A stretch of DNA of 64,000 nt from Tubulanus polymorphus (lineage: Eukaryota; Animalia; Nemertea): assembly GCF_964204645.1 (NCBI RefSeq), contig NC_134035.1, forward strand, positions 9,642,451 through 9,706,450, given 5' to 3'. Made by a program: the position numbers and the translations under genes. Below the pieces are notes generated by a model. The model did no database searches, was not told where the DNA came from, and saw only the letters and a list, made by a program, of their open reading frames with translations. Shown piece after piece: positions 56,988 to 64,000 of this stretch. Position 1 is the stretch's first letter. Each line of letters begins with the position of its first letter.

Positions 56988-59900
56988 GTCCCTATATTAG
57001 ATCTGTGTAGCTGACACCCAGTCCTGATTGAGACCTCTCTGTGCAGCTGACACCCAGTCCCTGTATTAGACCTGTGTAGCTGACACCCAGTCCCTATATT
57101 AGTCCTGTCCAGCTGACACCCAGTCCCTGTATTAGACCTGTGTAGCTGACACCCAGTCCCTGTATTAGACCTGTGTAGCTGACACCCAGTCCCTATATTA
57201 GTCCTGTCCAGCTGACACCCAGTCTCTGTATTAGACCTGTGTAGCTGACACCCAGTCCCTATATTAGTCCTGTCCAGCTGACACCCAGTCCCTGTATTAG
57301 ACCTATGTAGCTGATACCTAGTCCCTATATTAGCCGTGTGTAGCTGACACCCAGTCCCTGTATTAGACCTGTGTAGCTGACACCCAGTCCCTATATTAGT
57401 CCTGTGCAGCTGACACCCAGTCCCTATATTAGGTCCTGTGTAGCTGACACCCAGTCCCTGTATTAGGTCCTGTGTAGCTGACACCCAGTCCCTGTATTAG
57501 TCCTGTGTAGCTGACACCCAGTGCCTATATAATCCTTGTGTAGCTGACACCCAGTCCCTGTATTAGGTCCTGTGTAGCTGACACCCAGTCCCTGTATTAG
57601 GTCCTGTGTAGCTGACACCCAGTCCCTATATTAGTCCTGTGCAGCTGACACCCAGTCCCTGTATTAGACCTGTGTAGCTGATACCCAGTCCCTATATTAG
57701 CCCTGTGTAGCTGACACCCAGTCCCTGTATAAGGTCCTGTGTAGCTGACACCCAGTCCCTAGGCCTATATTAGACCTGTGTAGCTGACACCCAGTCACTG
57801 TATTAGCCCTGTGCAGCTGACACCCTGTCCATATATTAGTCCTGTGCAGCTGACACCCAGTCCCTGTATTAGACCTGTGTAGCTGATACCCAGTCCCTAT
57901 ATTAGCCCTGTGTAGCTGACACCCAGTCCCTGTATTAGGTCCTGTGTAGCTGACACCCAGTCCCTGTATTAGTCCTGTGTAGCTGACACCCAGTCCCTGT
58001 ATTAGGCCCTGTGTAGCTGACACCCAGTCCCTGTATTAGGTCCTGTAGCTGACACCCAGTCACTGTATTAGCCCTGTGCAGCTGACACCCAGTCCCTATA
58101 TTAGTCCTGTGTAGCTGACACCCAGTCCCTGTATAAGGTCCTGTGTAGCTGACACCCAGTCCCCATATTAGTCCTGTGTAGCTGACACCCAGTCCCTGTA
58201 TTAGACCTGTGTAGCTGATACCCAGTCCCTATATAAGGTCCTGTGTAGCTGACACCCAGTCCCTGTATTAGGTCCTGTGTAGCTGACACCCAGTCCCTGT
58301 ATTAGGTCCTGTGTAGCTGACACCCAGTCCCTGTATTAGTCCTGTGTAGCTGACACCCAGTGCCTATATAAGCCCTGTGTAGCTGACACCCAGTCCCTGT
58401 ATAAGGTCCTGTGTAGCTGACACCCAGTCCCTGTATAAGGTCCTGTGTAGCTGACACCCAGTCCCTGTATTAGGTCCTGTGTAGCTGACACCCAGTCCCT
58501 AGGCCTATATTAGACCTGTGTAGCTGACACCCAGTCACTGTATTAGCCCTGTGCAGCTGACACCCAGTCCCTATATTAGTCATGTGCAGCTGACACCCAG
58601 TCCCTACATTAGTCCTGTGCAGCTGACACCCAGTCCCTATATTAGTCCTGTGCAGCTGACACCCAGTCCCTGTATTAGGTCCTGTGTAGCTGACACCCAG
58701 TCCCTGTATTAGGTCCTGTGTAGCTGACACCCAGTCCCTGTATTAGTCCTGTGCAGCTGACACCCAGTGCCTATATAAGCCCTGTGTAGCTGACACCCAG
58801 TCCCTGTATTAGGTCCTGTGTAGCTGACACCCAGTCCCTGTATAAGGTCCTGTGTAGCTGACACCCAGTCCCTGTATAAGGTCCTGTGTAGCTGACACCC
58901 AGTCCCTAGGCCTATATTAGACCTGTGTAGCTGACACCCAGTCACTGTATTAGCCCTGTGCAGCTGACACCCAGTCCCTATATTAGTCATGTGCAGCTGA
59001 CACCCAGTCCCTACATTAGTCCTGTGCAGCTGACACCCAGTCCCTGTATTAGGTCCTGTGTAGCTGTCACCCAGTCCCTGTATTAGTCCTGTGTAGCTGA
59101 CACCCAGTGCCTATATAAGCCCTGTGTAGCTGACACCCAGTCCCTGTATTAGGTCCTGTGTAGCTGACACCCAGTCCCTGTATTAGGTCCTGTGTAGCTG
59201 ACACCCAGTCCCTATATTAGTCCTGTGCAGCTGACACCCAGTCCCTGTATTTGACCTGTGTAGCTGATACCCAGTCCCTATATTAGGTCCTGTGTAGCTG
59301 ACACCCAGTCCCTGTATTAGGTCCTGTGTAGCTGACACCCAGTCCGTGTATTAGTCCTGTGTAGCTGACACCCAGTGCCTATATAAGCCCTGTGTAGCTG
59401 ACACCCAGTCCCTGTATTAGGTCCTGTGTAGCTGACACCCAGTCCCTGTATTAGGTCCTGTGTAGCTGACACCCAGTCCCTATATTAGTCCTGTGCAGCT
59501 GACACCCAGTCCCTGTATTAGGTCCTGTGTAGCTGACACCCAGTCCCTATATTAGTCCTGTGCAGCTGACACCCAGTCCCTGTATTTGACCTGTGTAGCT
59601 GACACCCAGTCCCTATATTAGTCCTGTGCAGCTGACACCCAGTCCCTGTATTTGACCTGTGTAGCTGACACCCAGTCCCTGTATTAGGTCCTGTGTAGCT
59701 GACACCCAGTCCCTGTATTAGGTCCTGTGTAGCTGACACCCAGTCCGTGTATTAGTCCTGTGTAGCTGACACCCAGTGCCTATATAAGCCCTGTGTAGCT
59801 GACACCCAGTCCCTATATTAGTCCTGAGCAGCTGACACCCAGTCCCTGTATTAGACCTGTGTAGCTGATACCCAGTCCCTATATTAGTCCTGTGTAGCTG

Positions 59901-60056
59901 ACACCCAGTCCCTGTATAAGGTCCTGTGTAGCTGACACCCAGTCCCCATATTAGTCCTTTGTATCTGACACCCAGTCCCTGTATTAGGTCCTGTGTAGCT
60001 GACACCCAGTCCTTATATTAGGTCCTGTGTAACTGACACCCAGTCTCTGTATTAGG
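56988..60056. repeat. Minisatellite, 33-34 bp unit (GTAGCTGACACCCAGTCCCTGTATTAG(G)TCCTGT), roughly 90 copies, inside a transposase intron
   Basis: Directly visible tandem array; it generates the GTGCQLHR-repeat ORFs. Confidence 0.97.
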
Positions 60057-60254
60057 ACTTTTGACATCAAGATCAGGCACTCCTTTATCCTGACTCAATT
60101 AGCATTGCGTTATTCGTGGTATGAAATGTAAGCGCAATGTTATTGGGAAAGAATATGGTAGTCGCCATAAACAACGCACCCAGTCATACTTTTCAGCAGA
60201 ATGTATTTCTAGTTATAGCGATATGCTTTGGAGTTCATTTCCTTTCTTTGGTAG

Positions 60255-61360
60255 GTTCAGTATAAAATGTTTCAAAGATTGCGCACCAAGAGCACATTAC
60301 CATTGCTATTACTGCCCATATCAATCATCTGAAAAAGCAAGGATATTGAAACATATGAATACTTGTGACTGTGGGTCGAAAAAACCAAGATCTGTTAATT
60401 TACCGGTAAAGCAAGTGAATGATAGCAGCGATGTGCAGCCTGTTGGTTGTCCATTTTGCAGTAAGAAGTTTAGCCGTCAGTGGGAAAAACAACACATTGC
60501 AACTTGCCGCATGCAACAATGCCAATCCAGTAAAGCAATATCAAAGTCATATCACCACAAATCTGTTGAAGTTGACACAAACAATGGTATATTTGCTGTT
60601 TTCCCATCTGCAACAGCGCGTTCAGTACCAATTCATGTTCAGAGGAAAACAAGTGTACCAGCATCTGTATTTTGTGAAAACAAAATTTGCAGGGATGCCA
60701 AAACAGCTGCAGTCATCTCTGGGAATAACTCGTTTGAATGTCGTCATGTTAAATCTGTTGAATTTGCTTCAGCACAACAAAGCTCTCCTTTAGATGATAG
60801 TTATCTAATGGACCTTATGAGAAGAAAATTAATCAAGGATGAACGATTTGATGATATAACAAGACTTGCAAGATCTGCAGAAGCTGATACCATACCATTA
60901 GTATCGTTGATAACTTGTGATAGTCCACGCTATCAGTATTTTTCTGTACATACTACTCGAAGAAGATGTTATAGCCTACTTAGGCGTGTTGTAATTATTT
61001 TTGATAATGTGCAGAAATCTTTCCGATGCAGTTGTTGTAAAGGTGCGTTATATTGCAACCACAAGTCCTGTGTCAAGTGGTATATGAACCAATATACACC
61101 AGAAGCTTTGATTAATAATCCTTCTGAAAATGAGGATAATGGTGCCCAATGTGTTCAGACTGAAGACCAACTACAGATGAAGTACATATTGGATCAAAAG
61201 CGTGTACCATCTGTGATAAACCATCCACATCCTGTCAACTCTTCAGTCAACCATGAAGTCGTGCCAGCTGAAGCTACTTGTTTTCATTGTAATGGTACTT
61301 AAGAAAGGCTAAAACGTACATCATCTGCAAAAATATATGATGTACAAAGAATAATAAAAG
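60255..61360 (+). pseudogene. Zisupton transposase exon: Zn fingers plus SWIM domain, with premature TAA at 61300-61302
   Basis: Acceptor ttctttggtag|G. Contains HYHCYYC, CPFC..H..C, PIHVQRK..CENKIC..ECRH and SWIM at 61021-61080. The frame continues past TAA (ERLKRTSSAKIYDVQRIIK) to donor G|GTAAGA at 61360. Confidence 0.8.
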
Positions 61361-61449
61361 GTAAGATATTCATACATAGGTTCAATAGTTCTATTCAAGC
61401 GATCAACCAATTCATAGATAAATTGATAAACTTTCATAAAAAATTTCAG

Positions 61450-61589
61450 ATGTGTCAGTATACATCAAGAAGTGTGAAGTTTGTGGCATGCAGTATCGAT
61501 ACCAGGAATGGTGTGATGGAATTCATAATTTTGATAACCACACATTCTTGTCTATAGCATTATGTCAACTCATAAGAGCAGGATTGAAG
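61450..61589 (+). pseudogene. Zisupton transposase exon (CxC cysteine cluster)
   Basis: tttcag|AT...: DVSVYIKKCEVCGMQYRYQEWCDGIHNFDNHTFLSIALCQLIRAGLK|gtagct; phases consistent with neighbours. Confidence 0.8.
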
Positions 61590-61682
61590 GTAGCTTTTAT
61601 GTACTGAGTAATAACGAAGCATGGTGCAATATGAATAACAGTAACTTTACTTGAAATATTATATATCACTTTACTTTCTTAG

Positions 61683-61884
61683 GAACATGTGTCCATTCAA
61701 ACATCCGTGAAAATGGTGGCAGCTCTCAACGTCGATGATATTCCATTGAATAAGATACAGCACGCTTATCTTCATTTTGAGGCTCTTTGCAATCACAGCT
61801 ATGCTTTCACCTGTGCTGTATGTGGTTTTCATCCACCAATTCTTATATGGGATACATTCCGTGAAGCTTGCTTCAGATATGCTG
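61683..61884 (+). pseudogene. Zisupton transposase exon (probable first catalytic Asp, ILIWD)
   Basis: ctttcttag|EHVSIQTSV...AYLHFEALCNHSYAFTCAVCGFHPPILIWDTFREACFRYA|gtaatt. Confidence 0.8.
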
Positions 61885-61988
61885 GTAATTGTACTTTTTC
61901 ATTGACATCTGTTTTGTCTGAAAAATTTCATATTCTGTAGAAATGATTCAGATCAAGGGATTTTTACACTTCCAAATACATTTTCCAG

Positions 61989-62096
61989 CTTCAGAACTGA
62001 AACCACCAAGTGCAAGAAATGAAGAGGTTAATTGCGAGAAGTTCTGGAGAGAAGTTGAGTTAGAAATGCTATACAGAGGTCATGGTGCACAGAAAG
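61989..62096 (+). pseudogene. Zisupton transposase exon
   Basis: ttttccag|ASELKPPSARNEEVNCEKFWREVELEMLYRGHGAQK|gtatcc; phase 1 at both ends. Confidence 0.75.
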
Positions 62097-62184
62097 GTAT
62101 CCTAGGCCCAGGCTGGTTTGGTTTTATTATCATAATAGTTGCTGAAAGTCTTAATTATACATGTATACTGGTGAATATATTCAG

Positions 62185-62357
62185 ATCACAGAGTAATCCC
62201 AACATATGAAGCGTGGAGTCCATGGATTGGAGAGAAAACTAGAAGATCATCGATGTTGATTAACACTGAATATGAGAAATGCTCAGTGGAGGCAGGATTA
62301 GAGGGTTCTGAGCCAATTCCTGAGGAAACTATTGAGCATCTTTTGAAGAATGAAAAG
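62185..62357 (+). pseudogene. Zisupton transposase exon ending in a GC donor
   Basis: ttcag|DHRVIPTYEAWSPWIGEKTRRSSMLINTEYEK...EHLLKNEK|GCAAGT. Confidence 0.75.
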
Positions 62358-62491
62358 GCAAGTAATGTGAAACCTATTCACTATATGCTTCACTCAATTG
62401 TAAAAATGAGAATTATGGGAGGTTATCATTTATGATTTATGTACATAAAGCCTACTTGTAACTCTCTATATTTATCCTTCATGCTAAACAG

Positions 62492-62627
62492 GTCAAGAAT
62501 ATTCGTGCATTTTGTCGCAGAGCAAAAGTGGACAGTTAAGGTTCAGCAATGGACATGATACGCCGTCTGAGGGACATATCTAGAGCATCCTTCGACAGTA
62601 TTTATGAAGATGTATTTGGACACTCAG
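62492..62627 (+). pseudogene. Zisupton transposase exon: SAP-like domain, with premature TAA at 62537-62539
   Basis: aaacag|VKNIRAFCRRAKVDS*GSAMDMIRRLRDISRASFDSIYEDVFGHS|gtaatc. Confidence 0.75.
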
Positions 62628-62840
62628 GTAATCTAATGTGTTCAGGTGTTCTCAAATTAGTTGACTTCTTCATGTATGTGTTGATTGAAAGCTGCTTCTG
62701 ACAAGTTGTTTACAGCGGATAGAAATCCCTTGGTCATTGAGACTTCAAAATAGAAATATCAGCACATATGTCTTCTTAGGTACAGGGGCATTTGCATATC
62801 TGCTAAAAAAACTTGCCTTTACCTATTTCATTTTTTTCAG

Positions 62841-64000
62841 GTGGATGGGCAGTTGGTTGTTGTCCACATGGTGTATCGTATGCGATAAAAAATAATTTTC
62901 GAGGTGAAAGTCCGAGGGATTATGTTGACCTGTTAAGAGGCATGAAACATCAGCCAACAATATCGATCTGTGATGTTGCCCATCTTGTGGCAAACTTTGC
63001 AAACTCCCGTTTTGACCAGATGTTTGGCCCAAATGATGGTCGACTGGCTGAAGCTAATGAAGATAATATACGGCGAGCAAAATCACATGAGCTAACTTTC
63101 AAAGCCGAATTTTTGGATGATATCAATAAACCGTATGAAATTTGTGATGATCCAGTTCATCCAGTTAAAAAATCCAATCATCACTATGCTTTATATGACT
63201 GGTTTCATCAGGAAAACTGTAAATCTGAGACAGAAATACTCAGACGTATATCCCTAGTAGATAATATTGCTGGTTTCATTGATTCAGAACGTGATGAACA
63301 GGAGTTCAGTCAACGCAAAAAAGATATCTATTTCTTAAATAAGATGAAACCAGGGACACACATGTTTGTCTTCAGACTTATCACTCATCTGCGTAATGAG
63401 TCTATCAATCTAATGCTCAACAAAAAGATGAAAGACCATCTGGGAAGCATTCAGCAGGACCCTATTGGTCGTACAATTCAGGCCCCAAAAGGATCAATGC
63501 AAAAACATGCTGATTGCAATAAAAAAGTAGAAAAATCCACCATCTCAATAACTCGCCGACTGCCAGAACAGAATATTTCATCAAATCAGTCGCGGGTTGA
63601 TGAAGTTTCATTACGGTCTAGATGTTTGTCCTTTATTAATAAACTCACAAATCCAAAAATTCTCAATGCATTCATCGATTTGAACATTAGTGAAATGTGT
63701 GGTGAAGAATTACGTGGAGTACATGACAACCTCCTTTATGCGTCAACGGTTATTGGAAAAACTGCTCCATCGCACAGACATATTGAAGTAAGAGCAAATT
63801 GTGATGGAGTCATGTACATGCAGACTCAAGGGAGTACAAATTATTGTGGTCTGTGTGCTGTCAATAATTTAGTTGGCGCAAGCGCAATCTCGATCAAATA
63901 TATGGATAGTATATCTGATGCTTTGTGGATTGGACAACTGTTGAATCCAGGAATTGGTCCAACATGCCGTATTCTTCCTCCTAGAGATCTGGAGGGATTC
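62841..64000 (+). pseudogene. Zisupton transposase exon: KDZ catalytic core followed by a Josephin-like protease motif (open to window end)
   Basis: tttttttcag|GGWAVGCCPHGVSYAIKNNFRGESPRDYVDLLRGMKHQPTISICDVAH...YALYDWFHQENCK...FIDSERDEQEFSQRKKDIYFLNKMKP...YMQTQGSTNYCGLCAVNNLVG...RDLEGF. 386 codons with no stop; absent from the ORF track, probably because it is unterminated. Confidence 0.8.

Larger units (their letters stand above)
55459..64000 (+). mobile_element. Zisupton/KDZ-superfamily DNA transposon (HMGXB3-related transposase); left boundary approximate, right end outside window
   Basis: Spliced translation gives SWIM (FRCSCCKGALYCNH), CxC cluster (KCEVCGMQYRYQEWCDGIHNFDN), AYLHFEAL...CAVCGFHPPILIWD, WSPWIGEKTR..NTE, SAP-like segment, GGWAVGCCPHG..GESPRDYVDLL..CD, YDWFHQENC and DSERDEQ, which are typical KDZ/Zisupton motifs. 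Left end inferred only from the end of the adjacent MITE and a compositional change. Confidence 0.8.

Noticed and set aside
56978-60005. Minus-strand ORFs with GTGCQLHR repeats, or a possible CRISPR array
   Set aside because: By-products of a 33/34-bp minisatellite; frames shift with unit length and there are no unique spacers or cas genes.
60121-60254. N-terminal 44 aa of the 393-aa ORF as a real start
   Set aside because: Lies upstream of a phase-matched acceptor at 60254, so it is intronic; the ORF is an internal exon ending at a premature stop.
62841-63420. Calling the gene a host HMGXB3 orthologue
   Set aside because: No HMG box seen, nonsense codons present, and catalytic-type acidic residues retained; a transposon copy fits better.

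Overview
Eukaryotic (invertebrate-like, CpG-rich, gene-poor) genomic DNA. Only one host coding exon is recognisable: the first coding exon of a GABA-B receptor subunit-2-like class C GPCR (minus strand, 27848-28159), whose first intron runs off the left edge. The right end (~55.5 kb to 64 kb, truncated by the window) holds a multi-exon Zisupton/KDZ-type DNA transposase gene with Zn clusters, SWIM, CxC, SAP and the KDZ catalytic core. It has two in-frame stops, a GC-AG intron and a 3-kb intronic minisatellite. Its C-terminus reads into a Josephin-like (ataxin-3-type) cysteine-protease motif rather than the Ulp1 SUMO protease described for fish Zisupton. The non-coding bulk contains many MITEs and at least 7 short Penelope-like insertions with minimal hammerhead-ribozyme motifs, several as fold-back structures with target-site duplications (TSDs). 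Most ORFs in the supplied track are spurious. All calls are by-eye; no searches were run.
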